Below are positions 21,710 through 31,940 of a stretch of 64,000 nt of DNA, piece by piece. Position numbers and translations under genes: made by a program. Below the pieces are notes generated by a model, which was not told the DNA's origin, did no database searches, and saw only the letters and a list, made by a program, of their open reading frames with translations. Source of the stretch: Obrimoposthia wandeli (taxonomy: Eukaryota); contig CDROCS010003797.1 of the NCBI GenBank assembly GCA_977020255.1, positions 248,001-312,000 on the forward strand, written 5' to 3'. How positions within the stretch are numbered: position 1 is the stretch's first letter; the number at the start of each line of letters is the position of its first letter.

Positions 21710-22351
21710 ATGCATGAATTACTTTATTGGCTAGACCTTTTTGGCGTAATTGTTTTCGCCTTCTCAGGGGCACTAATGGCTGGGCGCTATAAGCTCGATC
21801 CTTTCGGCGTGGTAGTGTTATCAGCCGTTACAGCCATTGGTGGTGGCACCATCCGCGATGTTATTTTACAAGTGCCAATATTTTGGGTAGAAAACCCGCG
21901 TTACCTTTATGTTATTTTAGCTACGGCCTTCCTCACTATTATTTTCATTCGTTGCCCAAAACGTATTCCTAAAAGACTATTACTGGTTTCAGATGCTTTT
22001 GGTTTAGCGCTATTTGCCGTATTAGGCACAGAAAAAGCGCTGGCCTTAGGTACAGCAATACCAGTTGCTGTGCTAATGGGCATGATGACAGGTGTCGTTG
22101 GTGGCATGCTTCGCGACGTATTATGTAATGTAATTCCGATGGTTTTACGACAAGAAATTTATGCTACCGCAGCTATTTTAGGCGGTGCATTATTTACCTT
22201 CTTTCTTTACCTAGAACTGCCTCAGCCTGTGGCTATTATTGGCGCTATTTTAGGTGCATTAGCATTACGCTTAGCGGCCATTTATTGGCGTGTGACTTTG
22301 CCCGCCTTTCAAATAATAGAACCGGAAGAAAGCACAAAAGATTCAAAATGA
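21710..22351 (+). CDS. TRIC/UPF0126 (YadS-like) membrane protein
   Basis: Duplicated TAIGGGTIRDV / TGVVGGMLRDV motifs. Confidence 0.88.
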   Translation: MHELLYWLDLFGVIVFAFSGALMAGRYKLDPFGVVVLSAVTAIGGGTIRDVILQVPIFWVENPRYLYVILATAFLTIIFIRCPKRIPKRLLLVSDAFGLALFAVLGTEKALALGTAIPVAVLMGMMTGVVGGMLRDVLCNVIPMVLRQEIYATAAILGGALFTFFLYLELPQPVAIIGAILGALALRLAAIYWRVTLPAFQIIEPEESTKDSK

Positions 22352-22377
22352 TAGTTCATTATGTATCGTGAACTAAA

Positions 22378-22833
22378 CTAGCTTAAATCCGCTGTACATT
22401 GTGGGCATTTTGACGCTTTAACGTTAATAGCTGAACAGCAAAACTGACAACTTTTCGTCGCCTTCCCTTCCTTCTTTGACTCTGCATCTTTTATACGGTT
22501 TATGCCTTTAACCAAAATAAAGGCAAACCATGAAACAATAGCAAAGCTGAAAACACTATTAATAAACAAACCATAACTTAATGTTACCGCACCATCTTTA
22601 TTTGCCTGCTCTAAGGTGAGATAAGGTACGCCATGTGCCCCTTCTTTTAATACAAAAAATAAATCAGCCATGTCAACACCACTAGTAAAAAGGCCAAACA
22701 CAGGCGCAATAACATTAGTAACCAAGCTAGTCGCAATGGTGGCAAAAGCACCACCAACAACTATCCCAATCGCCATATCTAAAACATTTCCTTTTAGGGC
22801 AAAGGCTTTATATTCCGCGAATATCTTCTTCAT
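22378..22833 (-). CDS. mscL: Large-conductance mechanosensitive channel with C-terminal CxxC...CxxC
   Basis: FALKGNVLDMAIGIVVGGAF and YGLFINSVFSF. The tail reads CQFC...KCPQCT. Confidence 0.9.
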   Translation of the reverse strand: MKKIFAEYKAFALKGNVLDMAIGIVVGGAFATIATSLVTNVIAPVFGLFTSGVDMADLFFVLKEGAHGVPYLTLEQANKDGAVTLSYGLFINSVFSFAIVSWFAFILVKGINRIKDAESKKEGKATKSCQFCCSAINVKASKCPQCTADLS

Positions 22834-22890
22834 ACCTTTATCATACCTTCGTTATATTAGTTCAGCTTAGTAACGTTACGTTTTTGAGTA

Positions 22891-23544
22891 TTATTTAGCT
22901 AATTTTTGTAATGCAATAATGATATCTTCTGGCTCTGCTCGCGTACGATAATCAATATCAACATAACGCCAAGTGACCACACCATCACGTGAAATGACAA
23001 ATGTAGCGGGAATAGGTAAAACAGCACCATTGCCATTGTTGATGGCTTCAAGATCGAGTTTTCGATCTTCTCGCATATGTTTTAATAAAAACTCAGGTAC
23101 TTCCCACGCCACGCCATATGTAGATGCCACTTTGGCATCTTGATCTGATAAAACAGTAAAATCCATGTCGGCAATATCATCTTTTGTCATTGAACCATCA
23201 GGAAACTGTGGACTAATAGCCACTAACTGAGCTCCCAACGTATGAATTTCACTTAGCCGTGCTTGTAATGCTCTCAGTTGTAAATTGCAATATGGACACC
23301 AGCTGCCACGATAAAAGGTTACTACAACTGGGCCGTTTACTAATAAATCAGACAATAACTGTAAATTACCTTTAGGATCTGGCAACTCGAAGTCTGGGGC
23401 TACTTGACCAATAGCGATAGCATTACCACCTTGTTGAAAAATTCTTTCTTGAGTAAGAATATCTTCAACACCTCGCATAAAATCAGGGTTCGCTTGTCGT
23501 GATTGCTCAATCTTTGCTTTGGTTTGCTCTTTTAAACTCTTCAT
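22891..23544 (-). CDS. AhpC/TSA-family peroxiredoxin-like protein
   Basis: APDFELPD, FYRGSWCPYCN, LPIPATFVI motifs. Confidence 0.85.
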   Translation of the reverse strand: MKSLKEQTKAKIEQSRQANPDFMRGVEDILTQERIFQQGGNAIAIGQVAPDFELPDPKGNLQLLSDLLVNGPVVVTFYRGSWCPYCNLQLRALQARLSEIHTLGAQLVAISPQFPDGSMTKDDIADMDFTVLSDQDAKVASTYGVAWEVPEFLLKHMREDRKLDLEAINNGNGAVLPIPATFVISRDGVVTWRYVDIDYRTRAEPEDIIIALQKLAK

Positions 23545-23684
23545 TTCATTCCTTAATAGCTAGGCTGATAAATCTATATTGCCTCAATAAAATCAATGAC
23601 ACCAGCATCATCGCTCCTTAACATATAAGCGAGTAAATGTGACGAAATCAGTCTCTAAAATACCGTTAATATAGCGGAGCCATT

Positions 23685-23999
23685 TTGGCAATAATTAAAC
23701 TACGGGAATATAAAATAAAACCCGGAAAAACTGAGCAGTGGTTGAATTGGATGCATGAAGAATTACTCCCGTATCAAAGGTCTAAAGGCATGCGGATAAT
23801 CAACACTTATCTGCATCAAGACCCTAATGGTACTGACTATTTTATTTGGCTGCGTGAATTTGATGACGAAAAGGCGCGTACAGAAATTTACGCATTAACC
23901 TATAACACTTGGTGGATAGAAGAAATTCGACCTAAAGTTTTTGAATTAATAGAACAAGACGCCATTAAGGTAAAATTAATTCATCAGCTAAGTATATAA
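23685..23999 (+). CDS. NIPSNAP-like small dimeric alpha/beta barrel protein
   Basis: LREYKIKPGK...YFIWLREFDD pattern. Confidence 0.6.
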   Translation: MAIIKLREYKIKPGKTEQWLNWMHEELLPYQRSKGMRIINTYLHQDPNGTDYFIWLREFDDEKARTEIYALTYNTWWIEEIRPKVFELIEQDAIKVKLIHQLSI

Positions 24000-24342
24000 C
24001 AAGAAAATAATGACCTAAAAGTGCTGTTTAGCCATCGATGATGGCGTAAATCGTTAAACAATTAAAGATCGCAATTAACTTTCAATTGCATTGAATTAAA
24101 CTCTCCATCAACTTACTCAACCAACCTCGAAGAGCAGCTGCGTGAATTAGGTGATTAAAATAGTCTTACCTCGATTAGCACAATAGCCTATCGTCATTCA
24201 TAATAAACACGCGTATATAGCCAAACGTCTTATTGTTATGGTGTACTGCTTTTGCTAGAGTTCGCCGAATTAGTTGAAAACGGTAAATGCGAGCGTGAAT
24301 TTATGCGCTCTATAATACAAATACACAAAGAGAGCGCGCTTT

Positions 24343-25821
24343 ATGATCATCTTTTTTATCTGTCTCACCATTTTGATATTGGGTTACAAGTTTTATAGTC
24401 CATTTGTAGAGAAACAAGCAGGTTTAGACTCAAAAATTGACACACCGCAAAAGCGCTTTAGTGAAGGTGTTGACTATGTTCCCATTCACCCTGTACGTGC
24501 ATTTTTAATACAATTTTTAAACATTGCTGGCGTAGGTCCTATTTTTGGTCCTATTCTTGGTGCCTTGTATGGTCCAATAGCCTTAGTTTGGATCGTACTA
24601 GGTAATGTTTTTGGTGGTGCTGTGCACGACTTCTTTTCAGGTGTCATGAGTATAAAAGAAGACGGTAAAAGTTTACCTGAAATAGCAGGAAAGTATTATA
24701 ACGTTGTTTTCAAAGGTTTTATGCTGATATTCACCGCTATGCTACTGTTTTTTGTTGGTGTAGTTTTTATTATGAGTCCTGCAGGTTTACTGAGTAATTT
24801 AAATTTTTTTGAAGGCACCATTTTAGCTAATAATACATTTTGGGTATTGGCAATTTTGGTCTATTACTTTTTAGCTACGCTACTACCTATCGATAAAATC
24901 ATCACTAAATTCTATCCTTTCTTTGGCTTGTTAATGATCGTAATGACAGTATCGATTGCCATTGCATTGCTGATCAATGCACCACACTTACCAGTGACAG
25001 GTGACTTTTTAGCTTACTTTGAAACCGACCACGCGCACGACTTTTTAGAGCCAAACCCTGATGGGCTACCAACTTGGCCACTGTTATTTATTACCATCAC
25101 TTGTGGTGCTATTAGTGGTTTTCATTCTACTCAAGCGCCAATTATTGCCCGCTGCTTAACGAACGAAAAGTATGTTCGCCCAGTATATTACGGCGCTATG
25201 GTATGTGAAGGTATTGTTGGTTGTGTATGGGCCTTAGCCGGTATTGCTGCATTTCCTGATGGCTATGAAGGTTTGAAACTATTACTTGATCAAGGCGGTC
25301 CCGGTTTAGTGGTTAACCATGTAGCCAATAGTTACCTTGGTGTATTTGGCGGTATTATGGCGATTATTGCTGTAGCAGTTTTCCCTATTACTTCTGGTGA
25401 TACCGCGTTCCGTTCATTGCGTTTAACCGTGGTCGATGCTTTCAATATTCCACAGAGTTTACGTAATAGATTATTACTTGCGGTACCGATATTAACGATT
25501 GCCTATTTTATGACTAAGTTAGACTTTACCGTTATTTGGCGCTATTTCGCTTTTTCTAACATGCTACTTTCTACCAGCGTATTATGGCTAGCAACTAAAT
25601 ACTTATTTGATCGCGGTACATTTCATTGGATAGTCAGTATTCCTGCAGTAATAACAACGGCAGTGACCCTCTCATATATCATGACCGCACAAATAGGCTT
25701 TAACTTATCAAGTGATTTCAGTAAGCCAATTGGTGTCGCTGCGACTATTATTGGTTTAATAGCGTTGGTGATTACGCACTTTTCCAAGCATAAAAAAGTA
25801 AATGTTTCAGGTGAGTTGTAA
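24343..25821 (+). CDS. Carbon starvation protein A (CstA) family transporter
   Basis: NIAGVGPIFGP, GGAVHDF, TITCGAISGFHSTQ, PITSGDTAFRS motifs. Confidence 0.9.
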   Translation: MIIFFICLTILILGYKFYSPFVEKQAGLDSKIDTPQKRFSEGVDYVPIHPVRAFLIQFLNIAGVGPIFGPILGALYGPIALVWIVLGNVFGGAVHDFFSGVMSIKEDGKSLPEIAGKYYNVVFKGFMLIFTAMLLFFVGVVFIMSPAGLLSNLNFFEGTILANNTFWVLAILVYYFLATLLPIDKIITKFYPFFGLLMIVMTVSIAIALLINAPHLPVTGDFLAYFETDHAHDFLEPNPDGLPTWPLLFITITCGAISGFHSTQAPIIARCLTNEKYVRPVYYGAMVCEGIVGCVWALAGIAAFPDGYEGLKLLLDQGGPGLVVNHVANSYLGVFGGIMAIIAVAVFPITSGDTAFRSLRLTVVDAFNIPQSLRNRLLLAVPILTIAYFMTKLDFTVIWRYFAFSNMLLSTSVLWLATKYLFDRGTFHWIVSIPAVITTAVTLSYIMTAQIGFNLSSDFSKPIGVAATIIGLIALVITHFSKHKKVNVSGEL

Positions 25822-25869
25822 CGAATTCTAATGACGTGTTAAATACTAAAGTACAATGACTAAATAAAC

Positions 25870-25909
25870 ATCCGCTGTTATTAATAATCGAATAACAGCG
25901 GATTTTTTT
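25870..25909 (+). terminator. Terminator after the cstA-like gene
   Basis: ATCCGCTGTTATT...AATAACAGCGGAT followed by a T-tract. Confidence 0.75.
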
Positions 25910-26159
25910 CTCTAAACGCTTTTATAAAAAATACCCTGCTGAGCATATTTGTGTCGGCTCACAAGGTATTGTCTTACATTCAAGCATTCTGGTTTTAGCA
26001 CTTATGTTTCAGCGCTCTAGTTTTAACTAGTTTAAATATCAAGGCTCTAAGCTCAGAGTTCTAGGACTAGAGCTCCAATCTTAAAGCTCTAATCTTAATA
26101 TGAAACAACAACGGTGAGGGTAGCGATAAAAGAGTGGCTTAGCGAATAATGTAAGTTAA

Positions 26160-26426
26160 CTATATTACCCCAGCAACTTTCAAAATAATGGCTGTGATCA
26201 CAAGTAATAATGTACCTGAATAAACCATCTTGCCAGAATATGCTGCTTTGTCCCAATTCATCGCGCAATAAACTAATGAGGCGGGAAGAAAGAGTATCAC
26301 CAGCCAACCAAACACTTGTTGTTTATTGCCCAGAGCAACAACAGCAGTAAAAATAGAGCCGATAATAAACAGCATTAACCCAATAGAGCCAGTTAACAAC
26401 GTCGCTATTACAATGTTGTCCATCAT
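26160..26426 (-). CDS. Small 3-TM hypothetical membrane protein
   Basis: Hydrophobic ORF. TAGGAG RBS precedes ATG ATG (MMDNIV). ORF track gives a longer 26160-26480. Confidence 0.6.
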   Translation of the reverse strand: MMDNIVIATLLTGSIGLMLFIIGSIFTAVVALGNKQQVFGWLVILFLPASLVYCAMNWDKAAYSGKMVYSGTLLLVITAIILKVAGVI

Positions 26427-26614
26427 AGTGAAGTCACTCCTATGTTTAAGATAAAAAATAGAGGCGATAACGTCTTGCAACCAACAACATTAATCAACAC
26501 CTCTTATTGAGAGCATATACGTAACTTATTACGGTGCTCGATATGCGCTATAAACTTAACATTTAACATCAGAGACTTAATGACAAGGCTTGATGATTAA
26601 GATCGTTATCAGCT

Positions 26615-26938
26615 TTAAGCTTCAATCCCCCAACCATCATTAAAGCCTTTAAACTTTGCCGCTAGCAACTCAAATTCAGCTTCTTGTGCAACAATAGCGT
26701 CATAGCTTGGGATCATCGCTACCGTACAGTTCAAGTCCCATACATTTGGCTGTTCATCAGGACTTAGTGTTACAGGCATATCAGGTGCTTTTTCAGCTAA
26801 ATGTTCGAGCATAGCTTTTGCTTGTGGCTCTTGTTCAAATAACTGAAAAAATACGACGCTGTGCATTTCATCTAAGTTAATGCCTGCAGCTTGCATTTCA
26901 GCTAAAACTTGGCCTGTTTCGTCATCGGGAAAGGTCAT
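26615..26938 (-). CDS. RraB-like (regulator of ribonuclease activity B) domain protein
   Basis: FPDDETGQVL...VVFFQLFE...FKGFNDGWG, acidic composition. Confidence 0.75.
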   Translation of the reverse strand: MTFPDDETGQVLAEMQAAGINLDEMHSVVFFQLFEQEPQAKAMLEHLAEKAPDMPVTLSPDEQPNVWDLNCTVAMIPSYDAIVAQEAEFELLAAKFKGFNDGWGIEA

Positions 26939-27043
26939 ATCACATACAAATAATTAAAAACAATACGCTATTATATACCCAAAATAGCTCATTGTGATCG
27001 TTTGCATGATAATTAAAAACCATATAAATAAAGTAGGCAAAAG

Positions 27044-27514
27044 CTACTCGCTGCTGTTCGTTAACGTACAAATATTTTGCTCGCATGCAAGTTGGCTTTG
27101 TGCGTTTATTATCGGACAGGTAGTTATATTAATACTTTCAGTCGCGATTTTTTTCAGTTGCGATACACCGATAATATTACTGGCGAGTTGGCAGTTAATA
27201 TTTTTAAATTTAATCGTGACTATTTTACATTGTGTTAGGCTTACGCAAGTTAAATTGTTTGTTAAGGTATTTTCAAACATTTTCATTATATTAGCGTCTA
27301 TTTGTACTGAATCATCAAGGTCTAGGGCCGGTGGATAATCACTAAGATTACGCTGTTGACGAATTTTCTCTTCGGAGAGCTGTGCTGCTTCAGCTAATTG
27401 GTTTTTCAATAACGTGGTCGACTTTTCATTTTCTGACAGTAAGTAACCTAAACCAAGCAGAATAACCATAAAGGCACTTATGGTCACCAGCGTAATAATC
27501 GCCCATTTGTACAC
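27044..27514 (-). CDS. Membrane-anchored hypothetical protein with a six-Cys C-terminal domain
   Basis: N-terminal TM and 6 Cys in the last 70 aa. GTG start overlaps the upstream stop (TAGTG). Confidence 0.6.
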   Translation of the reverse strand: MYKWAIITLVTISAFMVILLGLGYLLSENEKSTTLLKNQLAEAAQLSEEKIRQQRNLSDYPPALDLDDSVQIDANIMKMFENTLTNNLTCVSLTQCKIVTIKFKNINCQLASNIIGVSQLKKIATESINITTCPIINAQSQLACEQNICTLTNSSE

Positions 27515-28107
27515 TAGGTTGACTCACGTTTGGCGTTAGTGTCGATACCTATTGTTTTATCTCCTGGGTAGTGGCGCAACATACTATTGACCGCATGGCT
27601 GATTTTTTCTTGCATCTCACGACTGTTATCGTCTTCTTTGAACTTCAACGGATAAACACTGCGCCATACTGTACTTTCATTTTTAGGGTTAATAATATCA
27701 AGGATCAAGCTACCTGAACGTAGCTCTTTTAGTAACTCAGCACGAGAAGCTTGCCCGGCTCTAAAACAATAAGAACAATATTTTACTTGTTGATTATACT
27801 TATCTAAATCAGCAATACGATTACTAAGCAGGTGATAAGCAATAATAATATCTGCCTTTTGGAAGGTTTTATAATTAAAACCATTACGTTCAAAACCTTG
27901 CTCAATCGCTAATTCAATAGTGTTACGTGTTGTATCACTGAGGTTTTGTGAATCACCAAAGCTAGAGTTGCGACCATAAGTGCTATAACTTTTAACTGAT
28001 GAAAAATCAAAGCCGTCACGAAAAGACGTCGTCGCTTCAAGAAATGATGAACAGGCGGCAAGGCTGATGATAAAAGCCAAGCAGCTAAGTAATCTAGTAT
28101 TTATCAT
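27514..28107 (-). CDS. DUF4136-family lipoprotein
   Basis: Lipobox LAAC, FDFSSVKSYS, GSLILDIINPK...VWR motifs. Confidence 0.75.
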   Translation of the reverse strand: MINTRLLSCLAFIISLAACSSFLEATTSFRDGFDFSSVKSYSTYGRNSSFGDSQNLSDTTRNTIELAIEQGFERNGFNYKTFQKADIIIAYHLLSNRIADLDKYNQQVKYCSYCFRAGQASRAELLKELRSGSLILDIINPKNESTVWRSVYPLKFKEDDNSREMQEKISHAVNSMLRHYPGDKTIGIDTNAKREST

Positions 28108-28214
28108 GAAGACTGCAAATAAGAAATATTGCCCTTAGATTACCTAGCTGTGTTTAAATTACAACTTTTCCTCAGTATATAATGCCTTAAAATGGATTAT
28201 TTCCAATACAGAAT

Positions 28215-28715
28215 TTATTGTAATGACTGATAATTCACCCTATCAAAGTCGATAACGCTACCGCCGAACTCTGTCGCAAAGGCATCCGCATCAGTTTTCG
28301 CTGAAAAGCTCGCTAGCGTTTTACCCATAGCACCCATTTTACTTGAACCAACTACGTACCATGCTTGGCGGGCATCAATAAAGTAGCCATCGTTTGGCGC
28401 ATCCCACGGCGCTTTACTCATGTCATGCACTAAAATAGTGGTGACGTTACGCTTATTTTCTGGGTCGAGATAAAAGCTAAACATGTCACGTGTTGAACAG
28501 AATTTTTTTACCTGATCGCCATCTGCTTGCGTAATACCTTTGCGAAATAGCTCCGCTTTTGGACCTGAAAAATTACTGATTAACATGCCACACAAATGGC
28601 ATTCATCAGCACTTTCAATCGCCACCGCTTGATGGATAATTTGTTGTTGCTCTGATTGCTCTGAACAACCAACGATAGCGACAAAGAGAAGCGAAAATAA
28701 AATCTTACGGAACAT
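28215..28715 (-). CDS. nosL: Copper chaperone lipoprotein NosL
   Basis: Lipobox VGC, CHLCGMLI, FCSTRDMF, GAMG motifs. Start at MFRK (28715). Confidence 0.92.
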   Translation of the reverse strand: MFRKILFSLLFVAIVGCSEQSEQQQIIHQAVAIESADECHLCGMLISNFSGPKAELFRKGITQADGDQVKKFCSTRDMFSFYLDPENKRNVTTILVHDMSKAPWDAPNDGYFIDARQAWYVVGSSKMGAMGKTLASFSAKTDADAFATEFGGSVIDFDRVNYQSLQ

Positions 28716-28726
28716 GATAAATACCT

Positions 28727-29545
28727 TTAAAGTTTTTTGTTTTTGAAAATAACAGATGCAATTGCTAAGGGCCCGATAACCCAAGCCAACAAAATAGCGA
28801 ATAACTGTGTCTGCGATAAGTTTGCATTAATGGCAACGGCCAGTGCGCCATTAACATCGGCACTGTCTAAACCAGCAAGGTTAACTAAACGGAAAATATC
28901 AGCCGGATTCAACATCATTAATTGCGTTAATGCGCCTTGACTTAAGCTAGAATCAGTACCAACTAACAAGGCCAGTAAAGCAAGATCGAAAACGAGTGCA
29001 AAGAAAAACCATGTGATCAATGCCACACCCGCCGCTTTTGATTTTTCACTCGCCACTAGGCTTATCATATAAGCAATAGCGGTGAAACTTAAGCCCAGTA
29101 ACGTGGCGCTAATAATGAAATAAGCAAAGGTTTCAATAATGGCGAAATCACCGTATTGGATAAATAAAAGCAAAGCTGAGGCGCCAAAACCCAGTAACGT
29201 TGCCAAGGCAATAATGCCGCCCTGACCGAAAAACTTGCCGAGTAATAATTGATTCTTACTTAAGGGATAAGTCAGTAGCAACAGTAAAGTACCGCCCTCT
29301 TGCTCACCCACAAAACTGTCATAACTTAACAGTAAAGCAATTAGCGGGATTAAAAATACCGCTAAACTCGCTAAACTGGCAATGGTGGTAGATAGCGAAG
29401 TGATACCGACAGTCCCTGAGGCAGCAGCACCGAAATAAGTTAGCCCCACCGACAATACGGCAAAAATTAACGTTATGGATAATAACCAGCGGTTACGTAA
29501 ACCGTCATGAAATTCTTTATTGGCAACGGTAATAATTTCTCTCAT
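28727..29545 (-). CDS. nosY: ABC permease NosY
   Basis: KEFHDGLRNRW, VGEQEGGTLLLLLTYPLS, LNPADIFRL motifs. Confidence 0.92.
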   Translation of the reverse strand: MREIITVANKEFHDGLRNRWLLSITLIFAVLSVGLTYFGAAASGTVGITSLSTTIASLASLAVFLIPLIALLLSYDSFVGEQEGGTLLLLLTYPLSKNQLLLGKFFGQGGIIALATLLGFGASALLLFIQYGDFAIIETFAYFIISATLLGLSFTAIAYMISLVASEKSKAAGVALITWFFFALVFDLALLALLVGTDSSLSQGALTQLMMLNPADIFRLVNLAGLDSADVNGALAVAINANLSQTQLFAILLAWVIGPLAIASVIFKNKKL

Positions 29546-30507
29546 TACACACCTACCTTTTTACTTGAAGTTTTATTTGAAGTCTTGCTGTTATTTTCAG
29601 ATTTAACTTTCATCTGTTCTGCTTTCGCTAAGTAGTGTTGATAAACCTGCTCTAAATTGGCTGACTCAACGCTAATATCATCTAAGTTTTCATCAGCAAG
29701 TAAGTGGCGTAAAACCTTAACTTTGTCTTGCTCTGGTACTTGTAAGTTACCTAATGCGTCCAAATAGGGTTGCAATAACGTGTCGTCAGCTAGCGCTGTG
29801 CTTACACCTTGTGGTTTAATTTTAGTGGGTAAGTTAGCTTGCGCTCTAAGCTCGGCAATGGTGCCAAGCGCGAGTGTGTTACCACCTGAAATGATCATGG
29901 CGCGGTCAATATGCTGTTCAACCCCTGGCAGTACATGTGAACATAAAATAACACTGGTGCCTTGTGTTTTCAGTTGATCAACACTGAGATAAAAGTCTGC
30001 TGTCGCGCTAGGATCAAGCCCTACGGTAGGTTCATCAAGCAATAATAACTTCGGCTCACCAATAAAAGCTTGTGCTAAACCTAAGCGTTGGCGCATACCT
30101 TTAGAGTACGTTTTTACTGGTCGCATCATCGCATGAGCAATACCGACTTGTTCTAATAGCGCTTTAGCATGTGCTTTTGACTGACCTTTTAAGCGTGCGA
30201 AATAGCTGATAACTTCTAAACCCGTCAATTGCTCATAAAACATAACATTTTCAGGTAAATAACCCATTTTTGTCCGCATATGCCATGCTGACTTATCGTC
30301 AGGCTTCACGCCCATAACCGAAACATTGCCGGCATCAGCAGAGATAACACCCAAAATAAGCTTCATCATGGTGGTTTTACCTGCGCCATTATGACCAAAT
30401 AGGCCAAGCACTTCACCTTGTGCGAGTTGTAAATTAATGGCTGACAAAACCTGTAAGTTTTTATAATGCTTACTAACATTTTCAAGAGAAACTAAAGCTG
30501 TTTTCAT
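29545..30507 (-). CDS. nosF: ABC ATPase NosF
   Basis: Walker A GHNGAGKTT, YSKGMRQR, LLDEPTVGLD, located in the nos operon. Confidence 0.92.
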   Translation of the reverse strand: MKTALVSLENVSKHYKNLQVLSAINLQLAQGEVLGLFGHNGAGKTTMMKLILGVISADAGNVSVMGVKPDDKSAWHMRTKMGYLPENVMFYEQLTGLEVISYFARLKGQSKAHAKALLEQVGIAHAMMRPVKTYSKGMRQRLGLAQAFIGEPKLLLLDEPTVGLDPSATADFYLSVDQLKTQGTSVILCSHVLPGVEQHIDRAMIISGGNTLALGTIAELRAQANLPTKIKPQGVSTALADDTLLQPYLDALGNLQVPEQDKVKVLRHLLADENLDDISVESANLEQVYQHYLAKAEQMKVKSENNSKTSNKTSSKKVGV

Positions 30508-31940
30508 TGTGCTTGCTTGACCTTATTCACGTTAACTGCGGAATATTCATCGCTTGTTTTTAGCGACGAAGCAATATGACTTACCATTTTGGCTGTTGAT
30601 GATGATTGCATCAGTGGGAAACTATCTTTAACCCCTGGAGGCTTTAATACCGGAAATTCTTTTTGTATCCAGCGCAATATGAGTACTACGGGACTGTCCA
30701 TGATCATTTTCATTTCAGGGTATTGCCAAACCAGTTGGTCGATACCGTCGTTAGGTTCGAAAATAACATCACCAATAGTATCGCCGTTCATATCCCAGCC
30801 TAAATAGTTACTCCAATAGTTGCCTCTGCCTTCAAAGCTCCACTCTTGTTTTTTATTGGAAACATATTTCACTTGTACCGGATTATTAATAAAACTATTG
30901 CCATACACTTTGACATTTTCAGAACCTGCCGTTAAATGAATACCGATTTCTGCTGTGTCGATACGATTATTTTTGATGGTGTTGTAGCCAGAGTTATAAA
31001 CGAACAGACCTTTACCGTCTCGACCGAGCACCTTATTTTCCGGCTTGGTCCAAACATCTTTAATGTAGTTATCTTCAAAAGTAGACTCGGTAATAAAATT
31101 GAGTAAAAAACCATAATCTTCTGAATCGGTTGTTTTATTACCGGTAATGGTTAATCGGCGTGAACTCATTAAGGCAAAACCTGCGCGAGTACGATAAGCC
31201 GTGTTGTTCGTAACAACATTGTCGTACGAATACATATAATGAATACCATAGCGTAAGTCGTGCATGGTATTACCTTCAATAATATTATTTTTACTGGCAA
31301 TAACATAAATGCCATCGCGCACTTCGCTGGTTTCATTATTAAGAATATGCGCATTTTCGATACTCGATAATTGAATACCATTACCGCGGTCAGCAGAACG
31401 AATACTCAAATTACCTTTGACGATATTATTAAGCACTTTGGCGTGCTTAATTTTGTGCAGCCAAATGCCGAAACCATCACCGGTGAGTTTATTATTTTTT
31501 ATCTGAATATTTTCAGCTTTCGTTGACGAATAAATACCTGCATTTTCTTCAGTTAAGTCATGTCCCCAATTGATGATATTCAGGTTTTCAACACTAATAT
31601 TTGAATTTTTCAGCAGCAGAACATTGCCTTGACCATTACCGTCGATAATAACGTCTTTCGTTCCTATCAAAGTCAGTTGATGGTTAATAACAAAATTACC
31701 AATATAACGCCCTGCAGTTAATTGCACGATATCGCCATCGACACTAGCGTCTAATTTTTGCTGTAGGTTGTCTTCGGGAGAAACCCAAATAGTGCTAGCG
31801 ATAACACCGAACGAAAACGGTAGAAAAAGCATCGCTATCAGGAGTTTTTTAAATGATTGCATCATCCATTTCACTCTCAACTTCCCTCTCAATTTCACTA
31901 TCCATTTCACTCCCAATGGCACTGTCAATTTTACTATCAA
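30504..31940 (-). CDS. nosD: Periplasmic maturation protein NosD (start at TTG 31940 or ATG 31865)
   Basis: Beta-helix repeats, RGNGIQL, RYGIHYMYS, GNYWSNYLGWDMNGDTIGD motifs. Confidence 0.92.
   Translation of the reverse strand: MIVKLTVPLGVKWIVKLRGKLRVKWMMQSFKKLLIAMLFLPFSFGVIASTIWVSPEDNLQQKLDASVDGDIVQLTAGRYIGNFVINHQLTLIGTKDVIIDGNGQGNVLLLKNSNISVENLNIINWGHDLTEENAGIYSSTKAENIQIKNNKLTGDGFGIWLHKIKHAKVLNNIVKGNLSIRSADRGNGIQLSSIENAHILNNETSEVRDGIYVIASKNNIIEGNTMHDLRYGIHYMYSYDNVVTNNTAYRTRAGFALMSSRRLTITGNKTTDSEDYGFLLNFITESTFEDNYIKDVWTKPENKVLGRDGKGLFVYNSGYNTIKNNRIDTAEIGIHLTAGSENVKVYGNSFINNPVQVKYVSNKKQEWSFEGRGNYWSNYLGWDMNGDTIGDVIFEPNDGIDQLVWQYPEMKMIMDSPVVLILRWIQKEFPVLKPPGVKDSFPLMQSSSTAKMVSHIASSLKTSDEYSAVNVNKVKQAQ
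31864..31935. repeat. Six degenerate 12-bp tandem repeats at the 5' end of nosD
   Basis: atccatttcact/ctcaacttccct/ctcaatttcact/atccatttcact/cccaatggcact/gtcaattttact. Confidence 0.7.

Noticed and set aside
21310-23544. Rhodanese and peroxiredoxin-like genes as part of the ArsR sulfur regulon
   Set aside because: They are 4-6 kb from the operon, in separate units, and I found no ATATTAG-N6-CTAATAT box upstream of them.
24200-24342. LytTR (BtsR/YpdB) direct repeats upstream of the cstA-like gene
   Set aside because: Only weak GAATT repeats with non-canonical spacing.
26011-26100. Cluster of GCTCTA-like short repeats
   Set aside because: Irregular spacing with no unique spacers. Not a CRISPR array and too degenerate to interpret.
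26973-26990. TATACCCAAAATAG as another MITE-B end (also TATACCC at about 53621 and 61501)
   Set aside because: The match does not extend much past 7-10 nt, which is chance level in AT-rich DNA.
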